Shown here piece by piece: positions 1 to 9,075 of a DNA stretch of 32,000 nt. Made by a program: the position numbers and the translations under genes. Below the pieces are notes generated by a model. That model was not told where the DNA came from, did not search any database, and saw only the letters and a list, made by a program, of their open reading frames with translations. Within the stretch, counting starts at the first letter, position 1, and each line of letters begins with the position of its first letter. Source of the DNA: Trichlorobacter lovleyi SZ (GTDB taxonomy: Bacteria > Desulfobacterota > Desulfuromonadia > Geobacterales > Pseudopelobacteraceae); contig NC_010814.1 in the NCBI RefSeq assembly GCF_000020385.1, forward strand, positions 2,790,001 through 2,822,000. Reading direction: 5' to 3'.

Positions 1-234
1 CGAAATCAGCGCCCCGCGGCCGATACCGCCGACCACAATGCCGTCCACCTCCAGACCAGCAACCGCCTTGGCAGGGTTGCAGGCACCGTGTTCATGCACC
101 TTGTCGCTGTTATCCACCAGACGGGTCTGGCCGGTTACCGCATCAACAATCAAAAAACGGGGCGCAGAGCCGAAATGGCCATACACTTCACTATCCAGCC
201 CTTGATCCAGAACAACCGGGAAACAAAGTTTCAT
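1..234 (-). CDS. NifB/NifX-family (dinitrogenase Fe-Mo cofactor-binding domain) protein; N-terminal part only, runs off the window edge
   Basis: Minus-strand ATG at 234 translates to MKLCFPVVLDQGLDSEVYGHFGSAPRFLIVDAVTGQTRLVDNSDKVHEHGACNPAKAV..GIVVGGIGRGA. This is the typical small NifX/NifB-like fold signature. It is missing from the ORF track because no stop codon lies in the window. Confidence 0.6.
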   Translation of the reverse strand, partial: MKLCFPVVLDQGLDSEVYGHFGSAPRFLIVDAVTGQTRLVDNSDKVHEHGACNPAKAVAGLEVDGIVVGGIGRGALIS

Positions 235-380
235 AACGTACTCCTTCTGCAGTCAGTTATTTGCATATGCACACATTAAAGACAGCCAATCTTTTTATTG
301 TCAAGCTTTTGTTCATATACACAAAACATAATTATGCTTGCCTTTATCAGGTATCTATAGTAAAGCCTTATTCCTTTCAG

Positions 381-445
381 GCGGACCGACCGTCCGCTAC
401 TCCTTGCTCCGGGCCAGAACCGGGGCTACCTAATCCATAAGGAGG
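381..445 (+). promoter_or_regulatory. Structured rpsF 5' leader with two hairpins and an anti-SD segment; candidate S6:S18 autoregulatory leader
   Basis: Hairpin gcggac/gtccgc lies at 381-397. Hairpin gcuccgg/ccggggc lies at 406-426. CUCCUU at 400-405 is complementary to the SD AAGGAG at 439-444, just before the ATG at 453. Confidence 0.35.
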
Positions 446-452
446 ATTACAC

Positions 453-821
453 ATGAGGAAGTACGAAACCATCTTCATCCTCCAGCCGGACCTTGCAGAG
501 GACGACGTCAAGTCGGTCACCGACAAGGTTCAGGACGTGGTTGCATCCCTGAAGGGTGACTTCCACCGGCTGGACGACTGGGGAACACGCAAACTGGCCT
601 ATGCAATCCGGAAGTTCCCCCGCGGACGCTACTATTACCTGCGTTTTGACGGTGGAGCACAACTGGTGGCTGAACTGGAGCGTCGTCTCCGGCTTGACGA
701 AAAAGTGTTGCGCTTCTTAAGCGTCAACATTACCGATGAGCCCGAGAAAAAGGTAGCTGAGCGCAAGCCGGTTATCGAAGCTGCTGAAGCCCCTGAAGCT
801 GCTGAAGCTGCGGCTGAATAA
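453..821 (+). CDS. rpsF: 30S ribosomal protein S6
   Basis: [14 protein letters not shown]...[23 protein letters not shown] is a canonical S6 sequence. SD aaggagg lies 8 nt upstream. The C-terminus is an acidic [14 protein letters not shown] tail. Confidence 0.97.
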   Translation: MRKYETIFILQPDLAEDDVKSVTDKVQDVVASLKGDFHRLDDWGTRKLAYAIRKFPRGRYYYLRFDGGAQLVAELERRLRLDEKVLRFLSVNITDEPEKKVAERKPVIEAAEAPEAAEAAAE

Positions 822-841
822 CGTTCCGGAGGATCACGCCA

Positions 842-1174
842 ATGAGCGAAGCAACAACGACGACAACAACCACTTCCGCCCCCCGTCCCGGCGGTCGCCC
901 CAGCGGCCCCCGCCCTGATCGTGGCCCCGGCGGTCCCCGTAAGAAGCGTCCTTTTCAGCGCCGCAAGGTCTGCCGTTTCTGCGCAGAAAAAGACACCACC
1001 ATTGATTACAAAGACCCGCGTACCCTGCGCTACTTCATTACCGAGCGCGGCAAGATCGTACCCCGCCGTATCTCCGGCAACTGCTCCAAGCACCAGCGTG
1101 AGATTACCGAAGCGATCAAGCGGGCCCGCAATCTGGCCCTGCTGCCGCTTGCAGCCGGTCACGCACTTCCCTAG
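842..1174 (+). CDS. rpsR: 30S ribosomal protein S18, with a ~35-aa Thr/Pro/Gly/Arg-rich N-terminal extension
   Basis: The core [69 protein letters not shown] is canonical S18. The gene starts 20 nt after rpsF. Confidence 0.97.
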   Translation: MSEATTTTTTTSAPRPGGRPSGPRPDRGPGGPRKKRPFQRRKVCRFCAEKDTTIDYKDPRTLRYFITERGKIVPRRISGNCSKHQREITEAIKRARNLALLPLAAGHALP

Positions 1175-1185
1175 TCCGGTACTTT

Positions 1186-2154
1186 GTGGAGAAGATTGAA
1201 TTGCAATCAAACGGCGGCCAGAAGCTGGCCGCCGTCTTGATCGGTACACTGGGCTCAGGCCTGCTTTTCAGTGCCAGCCTTGCGGTACCCCTGATAGGTT
1301 TTGTCTCGGCTTTTCTGGCCCCGGTTCCGCTGGGGCTTGCCCGTATCAAGGGCGGCAGTGCGGTTGCCGGTTTCAGCGCACTACTGACAACCCTGTTACT
1401 GGCGGTTCTGTTCTCTCCGCCGGTCGGGGCATGGTATGCAGTCCAATGCGGCCTGATCGGACTGATGGTGCCGGAGTTGGCCCTGAAAGGTCTCAGGCCG
1501 TCCCGGACCATACTCTGGACAACAGCCACCTGCGTCACCCTGACAGCGGTACTGGTGACGGTGTTTTCCTTCACCAGCGGTGTCAATCCGCAGCTCTTTG
1601 CACAAAAGGAAATTTCAGACGGCATCAACCAGGCGATCAAACTGTACGAGCAGCAATCCGGATTGTCAGCCCAGGACCTGGAAATGCTCAAGCAGGGGAT
1701 GCAGACCGTCGGACAGATCATGTCCCGCATCTACCCGGCCCTGGCCACCATCAACCTGGGATTGATCAGTGCGGTCACACTGCTGCTGTTCATGCGTACT
1801 GCAGCCAAGTATGCCCTGGCGATCAACCTGGCCCCCTTCAGGGAGTTCAGGACACCGGATCTACTGGTCTGGCTGTTGATCATTGCCGGGTTTGCCATGC
1901 TGGCACCCGTTGCGCTGATCAACACGCCGGCACTCAACATCCTGACGGTGCTGTCAGTGCTGTATTTCATGCAGGGCCTTGCTGTCCTGCTCACAATCTG
2001 TGAGCGCTCCAGCTTTGCCGCCACCCTCAAGATACTACTGGGGGTGCTGCTGCTGACTCAGCCCTATCTGACGGTCATCGTAACCGTACTCGGTATCTTT
2101 GATTACTGGGGTGACTTCCGCACCCCACGCATCACGCAGGACGAAAACCTGTAA
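1186..2154 (+). CDS. Polytopic membrane protein, DUF2232/YybS-like
   Basis: The 322-aa product is very hydrophobic with multiple predicted TM helices. It sits between rpsR and rplI, the position YybS-type proteins occupy in other bacteria. The GTG start has a weak SD, so the start is uncertain. Confidence 0.65.
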   Translation: MEKIELQSNGGQKLAAVLIGTLGSGLLFSASLAVPLIGFVSAFLAPVPLGLARIKGGSAVAGFSALLTTLLLAVLFSPPVGAWYAVQCGLIGLMVPELALKGLRPSRTILWTTATCVTLTAVLVTVFSFTSGVNPQLFAQKEISDGINQAIKLYEQQSGLSAQDLEMLKQGMQTVGQIMSRIYPALATINLGLISAVTLLLFMRTAAKYALAINLAPFREFRTPDLLVWLLIIAGFAMLAPVALINTPALNILTVLSVLYFMQGLAVLLTICERSSFAATLKILLGVLLLTQPYLTVIVTVLGIFDYWGDFRTPRITQDENL

Positions 2155-2179
2155 AACAGGCTCGAAAGGAGAAGGAATC

Positions 2180-2623
2180 ATGAAGCTCATTCTGAAAGAG
2201 AACATTGAACATCTGGGACAGATCGGCGATATCGTCAAGGTTGCCCCGGGCTATGCCCGCAACTATCTGCTGCCCAAAGGTCTTGCCATTGAGGCCACTG
2301 AGAAGAATGCCAAGGCACTTGAGCATGCCAAGCGTCAGCTGGCCTATAAGAAGAACAAGTCCCTTGAAGCTGCCAAGAACCTGGTGGCCAAGCTTGAGGC
2401 CCTGTCCATTGTCTTGACTCACCAGGCCGGTGAAGAAGGCAAGCTGTTCGGTTCGGTCACCAACATGGAGATTGCTGCCTTCCTGAAGGACAACGGCCTT
2501 GAGATCGATCGCAAGAAAATCGTGCTGGCTGAGCCGATCAAGCAACTGGGCGAGTACAGCGTGCCGGTCAAGGTTCACCCTGAAGTCGGTGCAACGCTGA
2601 AGGTCACCGTTTCAGCAGCATAA
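2180..2623 (+). CDS. rplI: 50S ribosomal protein L9
   Basis: MKLILKENIEHLGQIGDIVKVAPGYARNYLLPKGLA is a canonical L9 N-terminus. I chose the ATG at 2180, preceded by SD aaaggagaagg, over the track start at 2099. Confidence 0.95.
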   Translation: MKLILKENIEHLGQIGDIVKVAPGYARNYLLPKGLAIEATEKNAKALEHAKRQLAYKKNKSLEAAKNLVAKLEALSIVLTHQAGEEGKLFGSVTNMEIAAFLKDNGLEIDRKKIVLAEPIKQLGEYSVPVKVHPEVGATLKVTVSAA

Positions 2624-2648
2624 TCCGTTGCTGCACGGCATCTTTGAA

Positions 2649-2676
2649 GGCCCGCCTCACTGGCGGGCCTTTTTTG
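2649..2676 (+). terminator. Rho-independent terminator after rplI
   Basis: An 8-bp GC stem (ggcccgcc / ggcgggcc) with loop tcact is followed by a T6 run. Confidence 0.8.
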
Positions 2677-2702
2677 TTTCGCCGCTAAAGGCGCTCTCCC
2701 GA

Positions 2703-2731
2703 TTGACAATCAAGGCATTCCAGTGGAGAAT
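2703..2731 (+). promoter_or_regulatory. Candidate sigma-70 promoter for the CorC-type gene
   Basis: TTGACA (2703-2708), a 17-nt spacer, then GAGAAT (2726-2731). The predicted TSS is only ~3 nt before the ATG at 2741. Confidence 0.3.
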
Positions 2732-2740
2732 AGTCCCGCT

Positions 2741-4078
2741 ATGGACACCGTGACTCTAGAACTGATTGTGATTATCCTGCTGATAGGCCTGAACGGTTTT
2801 TTCTCCATGGCGGAGTTTGCCATCATCTCAATCCGCAAGGGCAGAATTGCCCAGCTGGTTGCTGACGGGGATGAGCGGGCAGAGATTATCGAACAGTTCC
2901 AGAAAGACCCGCATCCCCTGCTGGCCGTCATCCAGATCGGTGTTACGGTTGCCGGTTCTGCCGCTTCAACCGTGGGCGGCATCATTGCGATTGAACACCT
3001 GCGCCCCACCCTGCTGAACCTGCCCTGGCCACTCCTGCAAAAAGCGGCTGAACCCCTGGCCGCGCTGACGGTTGTTGTCGTCGTTTCGTATGTCTCCCTG
3101 ATCATCGGTGAGCTTGTTCCCAAGGCAATCGGGCTGCAGTACGCCGACAAGGTGGCCCTGAGTCTGGCCCGTCCAATGCGGATCATTGCACGGCTTACCT
3201 CTCCGGCAGTGTTGTTGCTGACCTCCTCCAGCAAGGCCGTGCAGCACCTGATCGGACTGCGGGGGGAACAGGATGCCTTCATTACACGCGAAGAGGTCCA
3301 GCACATGGTTATGGAAGGCCATGAGACCGGAGTCTTCAGCGAATCGGAAAACGAATACATCCGCAACGTCTTTGAATTCACCCATACCTGTGTCCGTGAA
3401 GTGATGGTGCCCCGCACCAGGATGGTTGCCCTTGAACTGCAGATGAGCCGGGATGAACTGGTCAGGATCATCCTGGAGGCGCAATACTCCCGTTATCCTG
3501 TCTACCATACCGACATCGAAGAGATCGTCGGTGTGCTGCATGACAAGGATATCATGGCTGCCCTGGTGAAGGGAGAGGAGCTGAACCTGGAGCAGATCAT
3601 CAGACCACCGGTCTTTGTTCCGGAAGGGAAGAAGGTTAATGAGCTGCTGAAAGAGATGCAGCGCACCCGTAACCATATGGCCCTGGTGGTTGATGAATAC
3701 GGCGGCATCTCCGGTCTGGTCACCACAGAGGATCTGCTGGAAGAACTGGTAGGGGAGATTGAAGACGAACACGATGCCGGCGAGCCCGGCAAGCTGGTGC
3801 AGCAGCCTGACGGCAGCTGGCTGGTTGATGGGCTGACCTCGATCTTTGACCTGCAGGAACCTTTGGGGATCAAACTGGAAGAGGCACCACTCTACGAGAC
3901 CGTAGCCGGACTGGTCCTGAACGAGCTGGGGCACCTGCCGCTGCAGGGAGAGACCGTTGATTGGAACGGTTTCAGACTGGTCTGCGAACAGGTCACCCGC
4001 ACCGCTATCCTGCAGGTACGGATCAGCATCCTGCAACCGGACCTCTCTCTCCCGCAACCCGGAACAGACGAACCCTGA
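2741..4078 (+). CDS. HlyC/CorC-family transporter (DUF21 membrane domain, CBS pair, CorC_HlyC C-terminal domain)
   Basis: The N-terminus [23 protein letters not shown] marks DUF21. [21 protein letters not shown] and [35 protein letters not shown] mark the CBS pair. A CorC-type transporter-associated domain follows. The ATG at 2741 is preferred over the GTG at 2723. Confidence 0.9.
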   Translation: MDTVTLELIVIILLIGLNGFFSMAEFAIISIRKGRIAQLVADGDERAEIIEQFQKDPHPLLAVIQIGVTVAGSAASTVGGIIAIEHLRPTLLNLPWPLLQKAAEPLAALTVVVVVSYVSLIIGELVPKAIGLQYADKVALSLARPMRIIARLTSPAVLLLTSSSKAVQHLIGLRGEQDAFITREEVQHMVMEGHETGVFSESENEYIRNVFEFTHTCVREVMVPRTRMVALELQMSRDELVRIILEAQYSRYPVYHTDIEEIVGVLHDKDIMAALVKGEELNLEQIIRPPVFVPEGKKVNELLKEMQRTRNHMALVVDEYGGISGLVTTEDLLEELVGEIEDEHDAGEPGKLVQQPDGSWLVDGLTSIFDLQEPLGIKLEEAPLYETVAGLVLNELGHLPLQGETVDWNGFRLVCEQVTRTAILQVRISILQPDLSLPQPGTDEP

Positions 4079-4091
4079 ACGGCGGCGCACT

Positions 4092-7000
4092 ATGCTGAGC
4101 ATCCCACGCGCACGGTTTCTTAAGCTGCTTATCCTGCTGCTGCTGCTGTTCGGCTCCCTCTCGCTGGGGCTTTCGATCCTGCTGCCCCGCCTGCTTGACC
4201 TGAACAGCTATAAAACCCAATTGACCGAGCTGCTGCAGCAACAACTGAAGCGTCAGGTCCGGTTGGGAAACAGCCAGTTTTCCTGGGTACTTGGCCCTGA
4301 ATTCACCTTCAGCGACCTGTACATCCAGGAACGCAACAGCTCTCTTGAATTTCTCTCCGCCCGCCGGATCTCCTTTCGTCTTGCCCTGTTACCGCTCCTG
4401 AACAAGAAGATTGAACTGCGCGAGATCATCATCGACGATGCCCGGGCCACTGTCAGCCGGGACGCGCAGGGCGTCATGAATATCGATGACCTGCTACAAC
4501 CGGCCCCTGACGCCTATGACCTGCGGGCCAGGGGGTTGCGTATCCGCAACGGCACCCTGTTCTGGCGGGATCAGGCAAGCGCTGAAATCTGCACCAGACT
4601 GACAGTCTCAGGCATTAACCTGAGTATTGACAAGCTGATCCGAGGCAGGAAAAGCTCTTACAAACTTGCCGCCACGCTGGAAGGCAGCAGTCCCGGCTCC
4701 ATCAACACAGCCGGCACGATCAGACTGCCCAAAACCGGCAATCTGCTGCAGCAGACGGATATTGATGCAAAACTTGACCTTACCCAGGTTGAGTACTGGC
4801 GTTTCTGGCCCTATATTGACGACTATGTGCCGTTTCCCTCCCCCGGTGGCACCGCTTCCCTGAATCTTGCCGTAAAAGGACGCTGGCAGAACCTGAAGGC
4901 CAACGGTACCCTGCTGCTGCGCAATCCCAAAGTGGTCTGGCCCACGGTATTCCATGCCGTGGTAGCCCCGAAGCAACTGCAGCTGGCCGTTGACCTCAAG
5001 TGGACCCCCAGCCTGCTGGATATGCCATCCGTGCAACTCAGCCTGGACGGTTTTGCCATCAAAGGTGCTGTCCGCCTGGGAGATCTGCAGGGTAAAGACC
5101 CATCCATCAGCGTCAAGGCCACGTCCGAGCCGTTTGATTACCTCCGTGTCAAAAACTACATCCCGTTCGGAATCATTGCCGATGATGCAGCCGGATTCAT
5201 CGAACACAAGATCAGAGGCGGCATCTTCAAACTGACCACCGGCACCCTCAATGGCCGATTCTCGCAGCTGGCCCGCTTCGGTATCGGCGACAATGCCAAC
5301 ACCCTGTATATCAGCGGCACTGCGGATCAGGCCAGCATCCAGTACGGCGAGAAAAGCCCCACCTTCCGCCAGATCAAGGGCACTCTGGAGATGAAGGGGC
5401 GCAATTTCAACCTGATCGGTATGAGCGGCAGCTTCGGGGGTTCCCCCTTTACCATGGAGGGGAGTATCACCGAGTATGCCACTGAAGGAGTCCCCTCCTT
5501 CTATCCCTTCAGCATGACTGTCTCCCCCCGTCCGGCAGAAGTAGCCTGGCTTGCCGAGATTGCCGGAGCAGACGCGCTTCGTTTCAACGGCAACGCAACG
5601 ACACTCAGGTTGCGGGGAGAAGGGCCGACCTCGGCCTATCGGCTCTCGGGTGAATGGCTCCTGACGACGGCTGCCTATGAATACCCGGCGGTTGTCAAAA
5701 AGCCGGCCAATCTGTCCAACAGCCTGACCTTCAGTGCGCTGCTGGGCAGGGATGCCACCAGATTCACCTCCATTTCGTACCAGCTGCCACCACTCAAGCT
5801 TTCCGGCAGTGGCCTGCTGCGCTATAGCGGCACGGTTCCGTACCTGGCCTTCGATCTGGAAACCAACCAGTTCCAGCTGGACAACCATCTGCCGATCCTG
5901 ACCGACTGGCAGGCCTACCAGTTGCGGGGAGGCGTACAGGCTCACCTGCTTGGCGAGGGCGATCCCCGCAGCATAGGCAGCATGCTGTTTTCAGGCATGG
6001 TCAAATTAAGCGGGTTCTCACTCAAACCCCATCAGAAGATTGCCCCGGTCAGCGCCATCAACACCCAGATCAACTTCAAAGGCAACTCCCTTGAAACTTC
6101 ACATATGGCGATCCGCTACGGCAGTACGCCGCTTAACATCAAGGGCCGGATCGCGAGCCTGAAAAACCCGGAGGCAGAGCTGATTATCAGCTCACCCGAC
6201 CTGAACCCGGCTGATTTCGGCCTCGCTCAGGCCGAAAAGCCGCCCCGGATACAGCAGTTCAGCACCAGTCTCGGCCTACGCGACGGCCTGCTGACAATCC
6301 GCAACGTCTCCGGCAAGCTGCCCAGGACCATCTTCAGCGCCTCCGGCACGGTCCGCACCGAAGGCACCCCGGATATCAACCTGCGAATAGCGGCGACCCA
6401 CCTTGACCTGGAGGAACTGCTGCCCCTTGTGGCCCCTTCACGTACGACAGACGCCGGAAAGAAACAACAGCCGCCAGCCCCGTTCAGGCTTCAGGCCTCT
6501 GTGACTGCCGAAACCGGCACCTTCCGCGGCACCAGCTTCAATAAACTCTCGGCATCCCTGAAAAACGAAGAGGGCATACTGAAGCTGCAGAAACTGACTA
6601 CCGGTATCCTCGGCGGCAAGCTTGCGTTGAACGGACAACTGGCCCGGACTGCGGGCCAGGCGCCCAAGTGGGATCTGTCTCTCCTGCTTGAACAGGCCAA
6701 GGCCGGAGAGCTATTGCAACTACTCAATATCGGAAAGGAAATACGGGGGTTGACCACCGTAAAAGGTCGGCTGAGCGCCAGCGGCGACCATCTTGACGAG
6801 ATCAAGAAAACAGCCAATGGCGCCATTACCCTCAAAGTGGAGCGGGGCGCCCTGAAACGCTTCAACACCCTCTCCAAGGTCATATCAATCCTGAATGTCT
6901 CGCAACTGCTCAGTTTCAGTCTGCCGGACATGGCCCGCGACGGCATGCCGTTCAACCAGATCACCGCCAGTATCGGCATCAAGAACGGCATCCTGACCAC

Positions 7001-7376
7001 CCAGGACTTTTTCATCGACAGCAACGTCATGCATGTCACCACGGTCGGCACGATTGATATTGTAAAAGAGACGCTGGATATGCTGATCGGGGTCCAGCCG
7101 CTGCAGACGGTAGACCGGATCGTCAGCCGGATTCCGGTGGTGGGCTGGATCCTGAGCGGCGGCGACGGCAGTCTGGTCACCACCTACTTTGAAGCCAAGG
7201 GCAGCTGGGAAAACCCTGAAGTTACGGCCATTCCGGTCAAGACCATGGCAAAGGGTACACTGGATATATTCAGACGGGTCTTTGAACTGCCGGTTCGACT
7301 CTTCACCGACAGCGGTGAGGTTATTCTGGGTAATCAGAAGGAACGGCCCAAGGCCGGAGAAGCACCAACTCAGTAG
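4092..7376 (+). CDS. AsmA-family protein, YhdP/TamB-like (bridge-like envelope lipid-transfer protein family), 1094 aa
   Basis: An N-terminal signal-anchor (LKLLILLLLLFGSLSLGLSILL) is followed by an AsmA-type N-domain (DLNSYKTQL...QVRLGN...ELREIIIDDARATVSRD). The body is long and beta-rich. The YhdP-like C-terminus reads LKRFNTLSKVISILNV...GMPFNQITASIGIKNGILTTQDFFIDSNVMHVTTVGTIDI. I chose the ATG at 4092; the track start at 3957 lies inside the previous gene. Confidence 0.85.
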   Translation: MLSIPRARFLKLLILLLLLFGSLSLGLSILLPRLLDLNSYKTQLTELLQQQLKRQVRLGNSQFSWVLGPEFTFSDLYIQERNSSLEFLSARRISFRLALLPLLNKKIELREIIIDDARATVSRDAQGVMNIDDLLQPAPDAYDLRARGLRIRNGTLFWRDQASAEICTRLTVSGINLSIDKLIRGRKSSYKLAATLEGSSPGSINTAGTIRLPKTGNLLQQTDIDAKLDLTQVEYWRFWPYIDDYVPFPSPGGTASLNLAVKGRWQNLKANGTLLLRNPKVVWPTVFHAVVAPKQLQLAVDLKWTPSLLDMPSVQLSLDGFAIKGAVRLGDLQGKDPSISVKATSEPFDYLRVKNYIPFGIIADDAAGFIEHKIRGGIFKLTTGTLNGRFSQLARFGIGDNANTLYISGTADQASIQYGEKSPTFRQIKGTLEMKGRNFNLIGMSGSFGGSPFTMEGSITEYATEGVPSFYPFSMTVSPRPAEVAWLAEIAGADALRFNGNATTLRLRGEGPTSAYRLSGEWLLTTAAYEYPAVVKKPANLSNSLTFSALLGRDATRFTSISYQLPPLKLSGSGLLRYSGTVPYLAFDLETNQFQLDNHLPILTDWQAYQLRGGVQAHLLGEGDPRSIGSMLFSGMVKLSGFSLKPHQKIAPVSAINTQINFKGNSLETSHMAIRYGSTPLNIKGRIASLKNPEAELIISSPDLNPADFGLAQAEKPPRIQQFSTSLGLRDGLLTIRNVSGKLPRTIFSASGTVRTEGTPDINLRIAATHLDLEELLPLVAPSRTTDAGKKQQPPAPFRLQASVTAETGTFRGTSFNKLSASLKNEEGILKLQKLTTGILGGKLALNGQLARTAGQAPKWDLSLLLEQAKAGELLQLLNIGKEIRGLTTVKGRLSASGDHLDEIKKTANGAITLKVERGALKRFNTLSKVISILNVSQLLSFSLPDMARDGMPFNQITASIGIKNGILTTQDFFIDSNVMHVTTVGTIDIVKETLDMLIGVQPLQTVDRIVSRIPVVGWILSGGDGSLVTTYFEAKGSWENPEVTAIPVKTMAKGTLDIFRRVFELPVRLFTDSGEVILGNQKERPKAGEAPTQ

Positions 7377-8197
7377 ATCTGATAATTGGCTGGATCGGAG
7401 AAGAGCTGCTTCAAAAGCAGATTGTTCAGGTGGTGGCCGGTCTTGTGGGCTTCAACCTTGCCCAGGATGCGGTAGCCGCTGGTATAGAGGTCGCCGATCA
7501 GATCCAGGATCTTGTGATTGACCAGCTCCTTGCGGTAACGAAGGCCTTGCGGGTTCAGCACATCATCCTCCCCCACCACCACAGCATTATCCAGTGAACC
7601 GCCCTTGGCTAGGCCCATCTTCTTGATCGCCTCAATCTCCTCCTGCATGGTGAAGGTACGGGAGTTGAGGATTGAAAAGGCGTTTTCAACATCGGAGACC
7701 CGGCGGCGCTGCAGCCCCACCGGCTGCCGGAACTCAATCGTCATGGTGATATCCAGGGTATTCAGCGGCTTGATCCGCACCCAGGCATCACCGTGGGTTG
7801 CCTCCACCGGCTTTACCACCTTCAGGTAGACCTGTTCTTCGGGAAATTCATAGACCCCGGCCTTCCACATCCCCTGATAGAACTCCCAGGCAGAGCCGTC
7901 CAGAATCGGCACCTCGGGACCATCAATATAGACCAGGCAGTTGGTGACACCGGCGTAGTAGAAGGCCGCCATCAGGTGTTCAATGGTGGAAACCGCAGCG
8001 CCATCCCTGGCGATCAGGGTTGAAAGGCGGGTATCGGCAACCTGATCGTACCTGGCAGGAATCTGCACGCCATTCAGCACAAAGACAATGCCCTGTTCAC
8101 GGCGGGGCAGGAATTCCAGGTTGACCGGATGACCGGAATGCAGGCCGATGCCGGACAGCTTGAAGATACGGTTGATGGTGGTCTGGCGCTTGATCAT
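7370..8197 (-). CDS. lpxC: UDP-3-O-acyl-N-acetylglucosamine deacetylase
   Basis: MIKRQTTINRIFKLSGIGLHSGHPVNLEF...TIEHLMAAF...HKTGHHLNN is a canonical LpxC sequence. I chose the ATG at 8197, one nt after the cysE stop. Confidence 0.93.
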   Translation of the reverse strand: MIKRQTTINRIFKLSGIGLHSGHPVNLEFLPRREQGIVFVLNGVQIPARYDQVADTRLSTLIARDGAAVSTIEHLMAAFYYAGVTNCLVYIDGPEVPILDGSAWEFYQGMWKAGVYEFPEEQVYLKVVKPVEATHGDAWVRIKPLNTLDITMTIEFRQPVGLQRRRVSDVENAFSILNSRTFTMQEEIEAIKKMGLAKGGSLDNAVVVGEDDVLNPQGLRYRKELVNHKILDLIGDLYTSGYRILGKVEAHKTGHHLNNLLLKQLFSDPANYQIY

Positions 8198-8198
8198 G

Positions 8199-8900
8199 TC
8201 AGGGGTTATCGCATGATTTTGGGGTCGCGTCAACCAGCTGTTTTTTCAGCGCTTCATGATCTTTCTGCAGGCTGTCATACTTTTGCTCCAGCCCTTTTAA
8301 CTGATCAAACAGACAGGCAATAGCTGTAGCTGATGGATCAGGCATTTTGCCATGTTCAAGATCAGGTCGTCCTTCCTTTGCCGTTTCAGGTGCCAGCACG
8401 ATCTTGCCGGGTATTCCCACCACCGTGGCATTGGGGGGGACCTCTTTGACCACCACCGAGTTGGAACCGATCTTGGCACCCCGTCCCACGGTAAACGGCC
8501 CCAGTATCTTGGCACCGGAGCCGATCACCACCCTGTCTTCCAGGGTCGGGTGACGCTTGACCTTATCCCAGGTAACTCCACCCAGCGTAACCCCATGATA
8601 GATAGTGACGTCATCGCCGATCTCGGCAGTCTCGCCGATCACCACCCCCATACCGTGGTCGATAAAGAACCGTTTGCCGATCCTGGCGCCGGGGTGGATC
8701 TCAATCCCGGTCACAAAGCGGGAGAACTGGGAGACAAAGCGCCCCAGAAAAAACAGTTCCCGCCGCCAGAGCCAGTGGGCAATCCGGTGCAGCCAGACCG
8801 CGTGCAGGCCGGGGTAGCAGAACAGCACTTCAAGGGAACTGCGCGCGGCCGGATCACGGTCAAAGACCGAGTTGATATCATCGCGGATCTGGCTGAACAT
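8199..8900 (-). CDS. cysE: Serine O-acetyltransferase (hexapeptide-repeat transferase) with a ~65-aa C-terminal extension
   Basis: [33 protein letters not shown]...[44 protein letters not shown] is a classic CysE core. The ATG at 8900 is preceded by SD gaggggg. Confidence 0.9.
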   Translation of the reverse strand: MFSQIRDDINSVFDRDPAARSSLEVLFCYPGLHAVWLHRIAHWLWRRELFFLGRFVSQFSRFVTGIEIHPGARIGKRFFIDHGMGVVIGETAEIGDDVTIYHGVTLGGVTWDKVKRHPTLEDRVVIGSGAKILGPFTVGRGAKIGSNSVVVKEVPPNATVVGIPGKIVLAPETAKEGRPDLEHGKMPDPSATAIACLFDQLKGLEQKYDSLQKDHEALKKQLVDATPKSCDNP

Positions 8901-8930
8901 GGGTACCCCCTCAACTTTTTCATTAATTAG

Positions 8931-8959
8931 AAAGTAGCATACCTCACAAATTGAGTCAA
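8931..8959 (-). promoter_or_regulatory. Candidate sigma-70 promoter for cysE-lpxC
   Basis: On the minus strand: TTGACT, a 17-nt spacer, then TACTTT, about 30 nt upstream of the cysE start. Confidence 0.35.
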
Positions 8960-9075
8960 CTTTCATGCTGCCAACTTAGCACTCGACAAAAACCGCTGTT
9001 TTGCATACTATGCCGAAGATTTTGTATACACTATCGGACATCGTTCCGAACCTTCTATCGAAAGGAGTTTTACCC

